64,000 nt of DNA from Hypomesus transpacificus (taxonomy: Eukaryota). The position numbers and the translations under genes were made by a program. The notes below the pieces were generated by a model. The model did not search any database. It had not been told where the DNA came from and saw nothing but the letters and a program-made list of their open reading frames with translations. Below, piece by piece: positions 35,700 to 47,585 of this stretch (positions are counted from its first letter, which is position 1; every line of letters begins with the position of its first letter). The stretch lies in the NCBI RefSeq assembly GCF_021917145.1, contig NC_061076.1:13096768-13160767 (forward strand), written 5' to 3'.

Positions 35700-37830
35700 T
35701 TTAGTCTTAATAGTCAGCCCACCCTTCCCAGAAAGCCTTGGATGTGTGTGCGTGTTCCCAAGCTCGTGCCTGGATGTGTCAGTGAGAATTTGTGCAATAA
35801 GTACAATAAGACAGATGGACTTTATGATAGTGTTAGTGGCAGTTGGGAGTTCTGGGCCTTGTTGATGAGGCCAGCTGCAGACGGAAAGAAACGATTCTTA
35901 TGGCGTGTGGTTTTGGTCCTAATGGACCCTAGCCTCTAGGGCTGTAGTCAACCAAAGAAATGCTTAGTCGACCAAAGTCTTGTCCTGCCCAACGATCAGT
36001 CGACTAAAAAAAGAAAAAAAAAAGAGACGCGATGTTTTGCATTTTGATTGACCATTTATTATTTATTTGTCCGTTACCACTGACAGCCGCTTCTCTGGTG
36101 GAATGTTGTAAGTGTCCGCGACTTCAGTGAGTCGCGCAGCGACATTTTCTCCCGTGTGCGCTTCATCCATCTGCTCTGTTTCTAACACAACGCTATTCAT
36201 TTTCCAGTCTGCATCGATAAAATGGGCCGTAACTGTCATGTATGCCTCCATTCTAAGCGAAGACCACAAATCAGTTGTGAGGCTTACAGCCTCGGAGGAT
36301 TGGAGTAGCTGGTTTACATTTACTTTAAGTCCATCAAACCGCGAACGTAGCGCACGCATGACAGTATCCCGTGCTGGCACAGTATATCTTGGCTCGACGA
36401 TTTTAAACATGTTCTTAATGCCCTCTCCTTCCACTGTGTTGACTGGCCTCATATCTTGGGCGATGTAATGCACAATCCCCTTAGTGATGTCCTCCTTTGT
36501 CTTTGCCGACAGAGGATGGACCAACTCCAGTTGCGTCTGGGTGCTTCCTGACGCCTGTGGCATGGCCTGGGGATGCGCCTAGTACATAACCAAAACAATA
36601 TATAAACTTTAAGACATTAGACATAGCAAGCTCAGCTGTATGACACGTGTATAAATCGCTTACCGCTTTTAGGTGATAGGCCATATTGGTCGTTGAGCTA
36701 TGGTAAATTAGCTTTAGGCCGCATAGCTTGCACTCCACAGTCTTGTCGTCTTTTTTTGTAAAATGCAGCCAGACAAAAGATTTAGATTTCTTGGACATTT
36801 TGTCGACTAAAGACAAAACACGTAGCGTTCTAACTGAATGAATACAGCAAAACTACCCATATTCCTTAGGCTACTGAGCGCGAAGCAGCGGTGCAGCCAG
36901 CCACGTGCGGTTCCCGAGTGTTCTACGTGGTGCGCTAAACTGTGGCGCTGTTACGAAATAGCCTAAATTAAAGCATTTAAAGTTGGGGATAAAACATAAG
37001 CTAATTATATTTTGAATACAGTAATATATAACTGCTTATAAAGGAATAAATATCAAAGAGTAAATCAATGAAAATGTCTTTATTGGTAAAAAAAAAAAAA
37101 ATAATCCAACTGGTCGACCAATGAGAATGTCAGTCGACCAAGACGAAATCGACCGATTAGTCGACTAAACGACTAAAGTTGACAGCCCTACTAGCCTCCT
37201 GTCGGAGGGGAGGGGCTGGAACAGTGTGTGTCCAGGGTGGGAGGAGTCAACCACAATCTTACTTGCTCGCCTCAGGGACTTTGAGGTGTGTAGGTCCTCG
37301 AGAGATGGCAGATTGCAGCCGATCACCTTCTCAGTATTGCGGATGACACACTGCAGTCTGCTCTTGTCCTTGGCAGTGGCAGCAGTGTACCAGAGGGTGA
37401 TGGAGGAGGTGAGGATGGACTCAATGAAGGCTGTATAGAAGTGCACCATCATTGTCTTTGGCAGGTTGAATTTCTTCAGCTGCCGCAGGAGCATCCTCTG
37501 TTCTTGGTGAAGGAGCTGATGTTCAGTTCCCACTTGAGGTCCTGAGAGAGGATAGTGCCCAGGAAGCGGAATAACTCCACAGTGTAGACTGGGAAGTCGC
37601 ACAGGGTGATGGGGCTGAGTGGGGCTTGGTTTTTCTTGAAGTCCACAACCATCTCCACTGTCTTGAGAGCATTTAGCTCCTGGCTGCACCAGGTTGTGAG
37701 CTTCCCATCTGTTGTCAGACTCATCCGCGCCAGATATGAGCACAATGAGGTTGGTGTCATCCATGTGGTATGTTGTGCTCTGTCTCGTGTTGGATGACTC
37801 AGGGAATGCGAGGCAGAACATGAACTGGAT
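35700..37830 (-). mobile_element. L2/CR1-clade LINE copy D (ORF2 C-terminal region plus 3' part), interrupted by the hAT insertion at 35937-37190.
   Basis: Minus ORF 37165-37821 '...FNLPKTMMVHFYTAFIESILTSSITLWYTAATAKDKSRLQ...' and ORF 37476-37760 'ELNALKTVEMVVDFKKNQAPLSPITLCDFPVYTVELFRFLGTILSQDLKWELNISS'. Sequence on both sides of the hAT is contiguous when compared with copy B. Confidence 0.7.
35937..37190 (-). mobile_element. Internally deleted hAT transposon nested in LINE copy D, with a perfect 8-bp TSD CTAGCCTC.
   Basis: Terminal inverted repeats tagggctgtagtcaac... and ...gttgacagcccta. TSD ctagcctc at 35929-35936 and 37191-37198. Minus ORFs carry a BED finger ('FVWLHFTKKDDKTVECKLCGLKLIYHSSTTNMAYHL') and the hAT N-terminal catalytic region ('VSLTTDLWSS...EAYMTVTAHFID...VLETEQMDEAHTGENVAARLTEV'). 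Confidence 0.8.
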
Positions 37831-37899
37831 CAGGTTCAGGAAGGCCGAAGTTCTCGCTCAGCTAAAAACCATGCCTCTCAACGTGGTCCTTCAGAGTTG

Positions 37900-38670
37900 A
37901 ATCACAATACTTTCAATACATGCAGCAGGTGTGCATCAGCCAATGGAAGTCTTCACACAGCACACGCTTGTGCCTTTCCCAGAACTGCAAGTGTTCCCCT
38001 CTGAGAACAAACATGAGCATGTTGGCAAATACCTCACGTACTGCGGGGCCAAATGCAACGGTTGCAGCCTCTTCCATAACAGAATTGACCTCCTCTTCAT
38101 TGTCAACAACCCCATGCACGATGCAGGATGCTAAAAATGTTTCCATGACACTATTACCAATAAATCACAGGTGGTGGAAGCTTGTTGGCCCAGGAACGTG
38201 GCACAGTAGGATGCGAAGATAGTATAGCTTAGCAGTATGAGGGTTGCATGTAATCATAGGGAGTCGTCCAACTGTGTCAGCCATTCGGTCATCCTGATAA
38301 CTCAATCTTTTCTTACACAACTGAAACCTTTCACAAGTAGGTGAAGTGTTGAAATATTTCTGGATAAACAAGATGTCGCATGTCTGGATGTTGAGTCATG
38401 GCATCAAAAAACGCAGTGAGAGTGGTTGCAGTGGGTCCAGAGTCCACCAGGTTCTGGACATCGCCTTGGTCATCGAAGGTTATCACCTCCTCATCTTCCA
38501 GATGAATTACCAGCATCTTCACTGGTGGTTGCTTGCGTTGAATGGGGAAGTAGTAGAATCGCCAGGATCCCTCAGATGCAGAGATATACCGGCTTAGATC
38601 ATATTGTGTCACTTCATCATGAACCAATGCCTCTTGAGTCTCATCATTGGGCATGTCCACCTCGAACAGG
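37900..38670 (-). mobile_element. Helitron-like Rep/helicase protein fragment.
   Basis: Minus ORF 38331-38660 'YISASEGSWRFYYFPIQRKQPPVKMLVIHLEDEEVITF...TATTLTAFFDAMTQHPDMRHLVYPEIFQHFTYL' matches the conserved segment between the Rep and Pif1-helicase domains of Helitron proteins ('S.PEA.WRI..F.....P.V.RL.VHL...Q.V.F', 'T.LT.FF......A..LLY.E.P..FTW'). Assigned from recalled motifs only. Confidence 0.4.
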
Positions 38671-38764
38671 CACTGATCTGGTCCCTTTTTTAGGTTTCAC
38701 ACTGGTGACACTACTGGTATTTCGAGGTTGCTGTGAGCATTGTACTGGAGTAGAATTAATGGAA

Positions 38765-41700
38765 GCACCAGGGGTCTCATTTATAAAGCTTGCGTACGCA
38801 CAAAACGGGGCTGAAAATGTGCGTACGCCACTTTCCACGCAAAGGGTGTGATTTATAAAAAACTAACTTGACGGGAGGATGTGCGGCCCTCCACGCAAAC
38901 TCTGACCCTCCCGTAGGCCTATGCACATTTTGGAAACAGTTGGAATTGGCGACGCAGATGACCCTACTGTAGTCAGACTGCCAGGGATTTTGCTAGGAAT
39001 TCTGTGCCCCCTAAAAGAATATTAGTGTGGGCCCCCGCCCCCCGACTTTTCATCGCCAAAGATCAATTTTACACCACTTTTTCTTAGACTGTATTATGTT
39101 TTCTTGATTTTTTCTGTTTCTCTATGTTCTTGACAGTGCCTGATGCAATGCACACAATTTGTTAATTTTCTTCAATCAATCACTCAGACTCACTGGGTAT
39201 TATTATGTAAAACTCAAGCACCTGGTGCAACACACCCGAGCACTGCTTTTGTACACATTTATGTTTATGTTAAATGGCACAACTGATGAAGAACTAACAT
39301 ACCTAGTCTTGGCATTAACATAAAAAATCTAAATTGGCTTATAAATGCCATAACTCTAGAGAAACAGCTTCACGTTATTATTGTATGAGGATATCAAGAT
39401 GTAAGATTAGCCCCAGCTTAACATTAAGAAGACTAATGTCAATAGGCTACAATAGCAGTTTAGTTTTAGTTAACACAAGAATGGAAAATTGTGTCCTACA
39501 GTACTGCTACTGGACTTTTTTGACAGCGTATTATAATGTTTGGCGAATTATAACCTTACTAATCTTTTCTGTGGATGATATTTAGTGGATAATTTTGTAA
39601 TGTCAGCCTTGTCAGTGGATTATTTTACACTGCTGACCACACGTAACGTATGGAGGATTATAGGGGCCAAAACTAAATAAATAAATACTTGGATAAATAA
39701 ATAATTATATAACACAAAGCTTAAATAAATGACACAAAATATAAATGTTACATGTATTTGTGTGTATATATATATATGTTTACGTTTTCATGTGTTTACA
39801 TTTATTCATTTATACTTACATTTATTCATTTATACTTACATTTATTTATTTATTTATTTATACTTACATTTATTTATTTATACTTACATTTATGTATTTA
39901 TACTTACATTTATCCACGGTGAAACTTCCTGCAGCAAAATAAATCTGTCGTCCCCCCGTCACCAAGTCAGGGGGCGGGTCAAAGCCTCTGATTGGTGGTT
40001 CAACTTGAATCGACTGCTTTTGACTATTCCAAGGTGGCAGCACATGTTACATGTAACATTTATATCTTTGTGTCATTTATTTAAGCTTTGTGTTATATAA
40101 TTATTTATTTATCCAAGTATTAATTTATTTAGTTTTGGCCCCTATAATCCTCCATAGCTAAGCGCTAGCTCCTGACATTAGTCATTCCAACATGGTGACG
40201 TTGGACGCGGCGAGCTATGCTATGTCTCGTGAACTACAGGACGCCTGTGCAGCTATCTTAACACTCTCACCTTTCTTCTGAAAAGAAATCGCTGATATTC
40301 TGGGCTCCTGATGTGCTCTTGGCCTCTCTTTTCTTCCTCTCCTCTCTTTTTTGGCGTCCCGATTTACATTTCTGTTTTGGCATTGTCAGTTCTCTATTGA
40401 TAACTGGCTGGCTGCTGCTGCTGTTTGTGAGCAATAACGTTACGCGCACATTTTCTAAAGAGGAGCAAACAATGGACCCAATTTTTTTTTTTAAAGGGTG
40501 TTAATGCTCGGAAAATAGAAACATTAATTTTTTCCCAATTTTGCTTGATTTTGTGGCTTTGTTTTAACTCTGATGCATTAGTGCATGGCCTACATAATAG
40601 GCTACTGGGGTTTTTGTGGGGCCCCCCTGGGCTGTGGGCCCCTAGAATTATCATCACTTTTCACCCCTAAACTATGGCCCTGCAGACTGCAGAAATTGAA
40701 TGTGGGAAAAACAGTACTCGTAATATTTATATATTTTGTTTTCCTCACACACGTTTTTTTCATTCAATTTCATGATTATCATGAAGATTACTAGCCTGGC
40801 TCTGCCCTCCTACGTACTTCCGCTCAATTTGGATTTTGCTTCTGTACTAGGTCTGGGAGTTTGACTTTGCAGTCTGTTTTCAGAAACACATTTTTTGTAG
40901 ATCCAATCAGCGAACAGAGGGAGTGGCTGAGAACGATGACGTTAATGTCGTGCACTAGTTTGAGTAGTTCAGTAATGGCGGCGGAGAAAGATGCGAGCGA
41001 AGCTATTCTGCGGTTGTGGCAACGCTGCCGAATATCCATAAGTTAAAGCCGGAGCAAGAACATTCCTTGCTGAGTTTTGTTGGTGGCCCTCCTCCCCACA
41101 GGGTTTGGGAAAAGTTTGATTTTCCAGCTACGGCAGCTAGCTCCGTTACAGTAGTGGTGAAGGAGTTGGCTAAGGCGAACGCTTGTGATGTAACTTGGTT
41201 ATGGCAGATCAGAGTGGTTCTGGGCAGATCCAATAGTTTTAAACTTCAACAGAGGACCCGCCTTCAAGGAAGTTAACACTTGTCAATGGAGTGATCCCAG
41301 ACCCTCTGTACAAATGAAATGTACGAAGGTCTGGTTAGGACCAGGCTAGAAGATTACATCCAGCAGTGTTATTTGCTGAGTGATACTTGTTCCATAAACA
41401 CCTTGTACAATCCAACTCAAATTTTAAATAAAAATTCTGCGCTTCCTTACAATCAGATCCAGTCCACTACAGGAGTGCAGGAGGGAGAGATTCCCCAACT
41501 GCATGGAATACAGAATAACATCACATATCCTACCTTTAGATAACTGCAGAACAAAGTGTATAACTAAATATATTTCTTTAATACTGTGCAAATATCCTCA
41601 TATGGCAAAAACTGGAAATACAGTCGTTAAGCTCCCGTGCAATCCCTACACTCTACGTCCTCGTTAACATTCCAGACTTTAATAGACTACTGTTCATAAC

Positions 41701-42142
41701 AAAAAGCTTTTATTTGCAAATTGTATCCGACTCCGGGTATTGTATGGCTCAGTTGACGCCACTCGCACAGTTTTTTTTATTGGTGATCCACCAGACACCA
41801 AATAATGTGGTTTTCGGGCCTCCGCCAATAGGCTAACAGTGTCTGGGCATTTTCGTTTTTTTGGTCGCCATGATTCACCATGAAGAACAATTGCATGCCA
41901 GGGTCATGAGATACTAGATTAGCATTCATGAGGTGCTTTGGATTGACCATTTATGGTTAAAAATGGGCGTGTAACATGCTGATTCATGTACGCACAGTTG
42001 TGGGTAATCTGTGATTTATAAAGGGAACGTTTCATACAGGTGTCTGAATTTTTGTGTGCGTACGCCATTTTAAGGCTTTTGGCCGTACATACACTTTTAG
42101 TAAGAATCCTACGCACGGTTTTATAAATGAGACCCCAGGTGC
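38765..42142. mobile_element. 3.4-kb non-autonomous DNA-transposon-like element bounded by ~25-40-bp inverted repeats; family unknown.
   Basis: Left end 'gcaccaggggtctcatttataaagcttgcgtacgcac' (38765-) and right end '...gtgcgtaggattcttactaaaagtg...ttataaatgagaccccaggtgc' (-42142) are inverted copies of each other. Internal ORFs show no recognisable domain. Confidence 0.5.
39650..40157. mobile_element. TA-flanked MITE/foldback (508 bp) with ~105-bp terminal inverted repeats and an internal 20-bp-unit tandem array.
   Basis: Arm 39650-39757 'tggaggattataggggccaaaactaaataaataaatacttggataaataaataattatataacacaaagcttaaataaatgacacaaa...' is the reverse complement of 40050-40157. A TA dinucleotide flanks both ends. 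The core 39760-39920 is (acttacatttattyatttat)n. Confidence 0.7.
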
Positions 42143-43928
42143 TGTTTCTTCATTTCTCCTTTAGAGAGGGTAGGAGTTTTCAGAAAAGCTTGTCTCCTCT
42201 CGTAGGGGTTTTTGAAAGTATTTTGTACACATCCGGTCTGCCATACAGGGGTGTAGTGGAAATTTTGGTCATATGCATAGATGTATGTGTATGAAATCTA
42301 TAATCTTCTATGTTCATTGGTAAGAGACAGGAAGGGAAAATAATTAAGTTGAGTTCAAAGGAATGTGAGGTGCTGATGGCTCTGTGGGCAGCTTGCCCTG
42401 GGGGATGGGTGAAGCATCTTATATGGCCTTCTGTCCTCTGGTTACTGTAAGGGGTCAATGAGACAGTTGCTCTGAACTTTGGCTAGAAGGACTGTGTCCT
42501 GTTTCATTGTTTGTGTTAATTAAAAGTATTGTTTGAAGATGGTCACACAAAGGACAGTTGACAATTTGACTGGTCAACCCCTGTGGCTTTATTATCTACT
42601 GCTCTGGAGAGAGCTGTGACATCAAAGAACTTTGGGACGCACCGGAGATGTATTGTTTCAAACTGTCACTAAGTTGAGTTAGCCAATCACAGAGTTTGCT
42701 ACATTGATTGATTGACCTTATAAAATGCCATTTGATCTTAAGTTTATATAAGGCAGTGCATGTGTGATGGTTGGTATCACTCCTGCGAACGACTTGTGTG
42801 GATGACACCTCCTTCGCTGAGATTGATCAGCAAAGCTTTGTTTATGTAATTGTATAGTCTAATAAATTGTATTAAAACCATATCCCTTGACTATTCAGAT
42901 CTACACAGTGCCACTCGAATTCTTCCTTAACAGGGGCTGGCATTATTCCATGCTCCACATGGGCCGTGTATCATGTGTGATGTGACGATGCAATGCAGTT
43001 CTGGATTTGTGTCTTTGTTAGGAATCTTGGAAGAGACCACACGGTCATGGCTCACGGCCTCTGTTGAGGTTCATGGTTTCTATCGAGCTACCATGGTCAG
43101 GAGCATGTGAATATGGGGAAGGTGGCGCTTTTGCGTTTGTTTCACCATCACAAAGACCACGTGCCCCAAGATATCATGTTTCATGAACACTCCCATGATG
43201 ATGTCTCGTCTTTGATTGGCTGGCTGACCCTCAAAAAGTGATTGTGTTTTCTGGCTACTTGGGGTTGCAGGTGAACCTCTTAACGATCCTTTGGAATGCT
43301 AAGTACTAAACTAAGCGATGCACCAAATTATTTTATATTAGTACACATGGCATATCTCGTTGGAAAGCTACGATTCTTGTGATTCTATTGATGTATACAA
43401 TTTCTAGATTGAGTTGCAACAGCAGGTACAATCAACATCTTTGCCCTGCCACCAACATGTCAACAAATAGAAAGAAAACAGAGACTCACCTATTGAGCCC
43501 CACAGTGGTCCAGTTTTTAAAAAATGGTCTGGTTACATTCTCAAAGGTCCAAATGATCAAGTAAGATATTTAGTCCAAAACACAGTATGACATCCATAAA
43601 TACTTATGGACTTGTTACATTATTCAATTGCATTGTTTATGCAGAGCAGTCAAACATCGGTTAAGATAATGCAGTATTCAATCATTTTTAATAGCTAACC
43701 TACCTCCTGGCCTAAACAATACTATGGTGCATCTTAACCATAGGCAATATTTGCGGTTTCTAATTTGAAGCTAAAACAACCTTTATTATTCCTCAAATTA
43801 CTCAAGACAACTCCTTTGCAACTAAAATCACATAATTAACCCATAAAACCTTAGATCTTCTAACGTCTTTCCCTGTCCCAGGCTAGATTGTATTAAGATT
43901 AACCTGCCATCTGTCCCACTATAAACAA

Positions 43929-44645
43929 TTAACCAAACCCTCTTTTCTTCAGTTCAGCATTTATCTGGTGTGACCCCATGTTACGTGTTCCACCCTGTTT
44001 GTCCGCTGGACTGAACCCCAACGATTCTTGCACCGTCTCGCGTCCAGCAAACAGCACCAGTGGCACACCCTCGTCCCAGTCTTTCTGGGCATCCGCGCAA
44101 TATTTGCGCAGCATCGCCTTGAGGATCTGGTGCCAGCCGAGGCACCAGATCCTGTCTCTCCGGGTGGTATGCACTTGATATGTTGTGGGATATGGACAGC
44201 GTCTGTAACACTTTTGCGAACAACAGAGATAGGAAATGTGTTCACTGATCTGGTTACACTTTAGGTAGACCGAAGGTAGAAAGAGCTTTGACCACAGCCC
44301 TGGCAGTGGTTGTCCGAAGAGGAATAGCCTCTGGATATCTAGTGGCACTGCACATCACAGTTAGTAAAAACTGATTTCCAGCTTTGGTTTGAGGCAATGG
44401 GTCGACACAGTCTACTATTACTCTATCGAATGGCTCCCCGATCACAGGTATGGGGTAGAGAGGAGCCCGAGGTATCATCTGGTTAGGCTTCCCCATCAAC
44501 TGACAAGTTTTGCAATATCTAGCTATGTCGGATTTCATACTTGGCCAAAAGAAATGCCGCAGAAGACTATCATACGTTTTCGTTATCCCCAAGTGACCTG
44601 ACAAATCCTGATCATGGGCCAGAGACAACACCTGTTGCCTCAAGT
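43929..44645 (-). mobile_element. LTR-retrotransposon/retrovirus integrase fragment (HHCC zinc finger plus start of the DDE core), frame-shifted.
   Basis: Minus ORF 44254-44643 'GHLGITKTYDSLLRHFFWPSMKSDIARYCKTCQLMGKP...PFDRVIVDCVDPLPQTKAGNQFLLTVMCSATRYPEAIPL' and ORF 43929-44348 '...WDEGVPLVLFAGRETVQESLGFSPA'. Confidence 0.65.
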
Positions 44646-45039
44646 CTCAAGTCTTTTATTTGTCAGGTACACAGAACAACACAAGGTCAGACTGGGCACT
44701 GTAATTCTTAAGACAAGACAAGACAAGCACTTGGCATAACATAACGTACACAGAACATAATTAACATCTTTGCTGAGTTTAAATAAGTGAAACTTCCTAA
44801 ATATACAGATAGCAATAAATAATCCACTATACTAACCCTAATACTAAAACTTCCTAAATATACAGATAACAATAAATAATACGCTATACTAACCCTAAAT
44901 GCACATAGGATCTATTCAACCTATAACCTATTCTAACCTAGGTGTAGTACAGTACAATAGTGCAAAATTACAGATAGTGCAACATTACAGATAGTGCAAC
45001 CAGCAGCTGAGAGTGACAGTGTGTAAGTAACTAAGAGGA

Positions 45040-45770
45040 CAATTTACATTTACATGTATTCATTCAGCAGACGCTTTTATCCAAAGCAACTTCCAAGAGA
45101 GAGCTTTACAAAGTGCATAGGTCTCTGATAATAACAACAAGATAGCCCTAAAGCATTGCGGGTAGCCAAAACAAGCACACATTGTGAACAACCAAAAAAT
45201 AAGTGTCAATGGGAAAAACCATAAGAGCATGTAGTTAAGCAAGTTACAATTTAAACAACATGAATCTGTAAGTGCAAGTGTACCCGTAGAAAAACAAGCA
45301 ACAGTAAAATAAAAATATAAGATTAACTAAAATAGAATACAACAGTTTAAATCAGCTACCACTAACCAACAAGAGCAACAAGTCTATAAGCAAGAGTCAT
45401 TGTGATCCTTGAGGAAACTAGCATCGGGTTCAGCAAACCATTCCTAAGTACTCCCTGAACAAGTGCGTCTTGAGCCTTCTCTTGAAGGAGGAGAGACAGT
45501 CTGTGTCTCTGATGGAGGTGGGGAGTTGATTCCACCACTGGTGGGCCAGGCAGGAGAAGAGCTTGTGTTGAGACCGGGCAGTCTTGAGCGGTGGGACCAC
45601 CATGCTCCTCCTCCTGCCGCCTCCTATAGTCCACAATCATCTCCTTGGTCTTGCTGATGTTGAGAGAGAGGTCCTGACACCATGATGTCAGGGTGTCAAC
45701 TTCCTCTCTGTAGGCTGACTCGTCACTGTCAGAGATGAGGCCCACGTTGGTTGTGTCGTCAGCAAACTTT
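45040..45770 (-). mobile_element. 5'-truncated L2-clade LINE: RT C-terminal segment, ORF2 C-terminal region, 3'UTR and (TGTAA)-type tail.
   Basis: Minus ORF 'GLISDSDESAYREEVDTLTSWCQDLSLNISKTKEMIVDYRR' (RT) and 'PLKTARSQHKLFSCLAHQWWNQLPTSIRDTDCLSSFKRRLKTHLFREYL' (the LWN.LP..IR...S...FK..LKT.LF signature). The minus strand ends '...gcgtctgctgaatgaatacatgtaaatgtaaa'. Confidence 0.7.
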
Positions 45771-46539
45771 TCGGAGCTCTCGTCGGCGCAGCCATCTCTA
45801 GGCGCACCCTGTATCTGTGTTTATTGCCAATAAACTAAATCATAGCACATTCTACCTATGCTCTTTAGCAAGCTAAACTAGTTTACATGCCTACAGTCTA
45901 GGTTTTTTCGCATCTAGCTGGTCTTGCATTCCTTGCAAATCAGCGTTAATAAAAAGCAGATGAGCTAGAGTCTACATAACATTGACTCAACGGGCATGGC
46001 TGATGTTTGTCTATACCGTAGCTTTAGCGTAGAAGATCCCTGTGCAGTTCGACCCTCAATTACACATTTGCTCAAACCATTTCACCAAGGACAATGTAAA
46101 GCTGGATTTGCTTTGAAGCTGTTGCTGAGAAGAGGGGCGTTCCAATCTTAGTTATGTTCATCACAACCGCAAAGCCGTAGGACGATTTTGTCGGTAAAGT
46201 TATTAGCAATGCTAACGTATCCTGTATCTAGCACCTGCCTTTCTCCAGTTCTTTCAAATAGATCATCTAGACCAGCGGTTCTCAAAGTGGAGGCCCTTTC
46301 GGGGTCGCAAAAGGTTTTCTGGGGGTCAATAAAAATGTTCGGAGGCGAGATGATTCCTGCCGGACAATTCAAATATGGGAAATACAATTCCCATGTTTCC
46401 TGCCTTGATATCTTTGCCGTCCAATCACCGATTTTATTTCTGAAAACTGCCAGATACTCATGACAACTTAGCTCAAAGCATATATCATTGGTTAAGGGGT
46501 TACTGGGAGGGGGAAATAAATGTATCGTCAGCAACGGCA

Positions 46540-47420
46540 GCCATTGTTTTCCAAGGCGGAGCCAGAGCGGATACCATGGGAGATTGCCTACAGTAGATTT
46601 ACAGCTTCGAAATCGGAGACGATATTATGAGTAAAGACAAATTTCTTAATGTGTTGTCAATATTGTCAATTAAAAGTCTAAACTTTTTACTTACAAAGAA
46701 TTTGTTTGTGGGAGTGACGCGAGTTTTTTAGGAAATAATTACGTGTCCGACAGGACAGGCAGCTAAGACGGTAGTAGTAGCACTGTTAAGCCTCGATTTG
46801 AGCAGATTTCTAGAAAACTTGGAAAAACAACACTTGCCAGATTATGTACACTGTAAGGTAAATGCACATGCCTTGTTTGGCCAATTCGGTCGATTGTGGA
46901 AGAAACTCAAACGTTTTTTAGTTATCGAGAGGAGTATCCAGCCATAGCGCTAGCTACTTTTGGGGGAGGAGAATTCCGGTTTCCCCTATGTCTCCACTAG
47001 TCACTAGAATGGTCATAACTTTTAATCAAAATATGATATTTCTAATCTGTCTTCTGTTCTTCATTTCCCACATATTTGCGGATATTCCACCTACTCAAAG
47101 TATTTCTCCATCTTGTAAATGAAGTGGTTAAAAATGAATTAAGTTGTCTGATGAGGTATGGTGGATGGAGAAGTTTATGTAAAAAACGGCTGCCTGAAAT
47201 CACCTTGATAAAATATTATTTTCCTTAAGTAATCATATATTTATTCATATCATAAAAATCCCTTAGTTCTCCTCTTCAATATGGTACAAACAGTTAAGGT
47301 GTATGATTTAATATGAAAATTCATAAAATATTAATATGAATCATATTTCAAAAGCATATGGAATGTTGGCTTAGGCAGTAAAGGGTTTTAAATAGGTTAG
47401 GCAGTTTAGTGCCATCTAAT
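46540..47420 (-). repeat. Unclassified ~0.87-kb interspersed repeat, copy C, nested in the hAT-Buster 5' region.
   Basis: Reverse complement of 4318-5200 at high identity over the whole length. Confidence 0.75.
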
Positions 47421-47585
47421 GGCCATTTTAGAATAATTATCTTTTTTGCGTTGGTCATTTGCAGCAGCTACAGCTGGCTTCGTTTCCACGGCAACAGGAG
47501 CCGTTAGGCTGTGGTATACCGTGACTGAGTTAGGGTCGGAGGACAGGTCATTTCGGGGGTTGTTAGCATACACATTTAACAGAAA

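Noticed and set aside
39729-40100. 123-aa ORF rich in Y/I/L/F.
   Set aside because: It is a translation of the (acttacatttatttatttat)n tandem array inside the MITE.
42480-43930. Plus-strand CCAAT/TATA-like ('tataaaatgcc') and AATAAA motifs, suggestive of an LTR or promoter.
   Set aside because: No matching second LTR, primer-binding site or polypurine tract could be identified, and the adjacent integrase fragment is on the opposite strand. The evidence is too weak to call.
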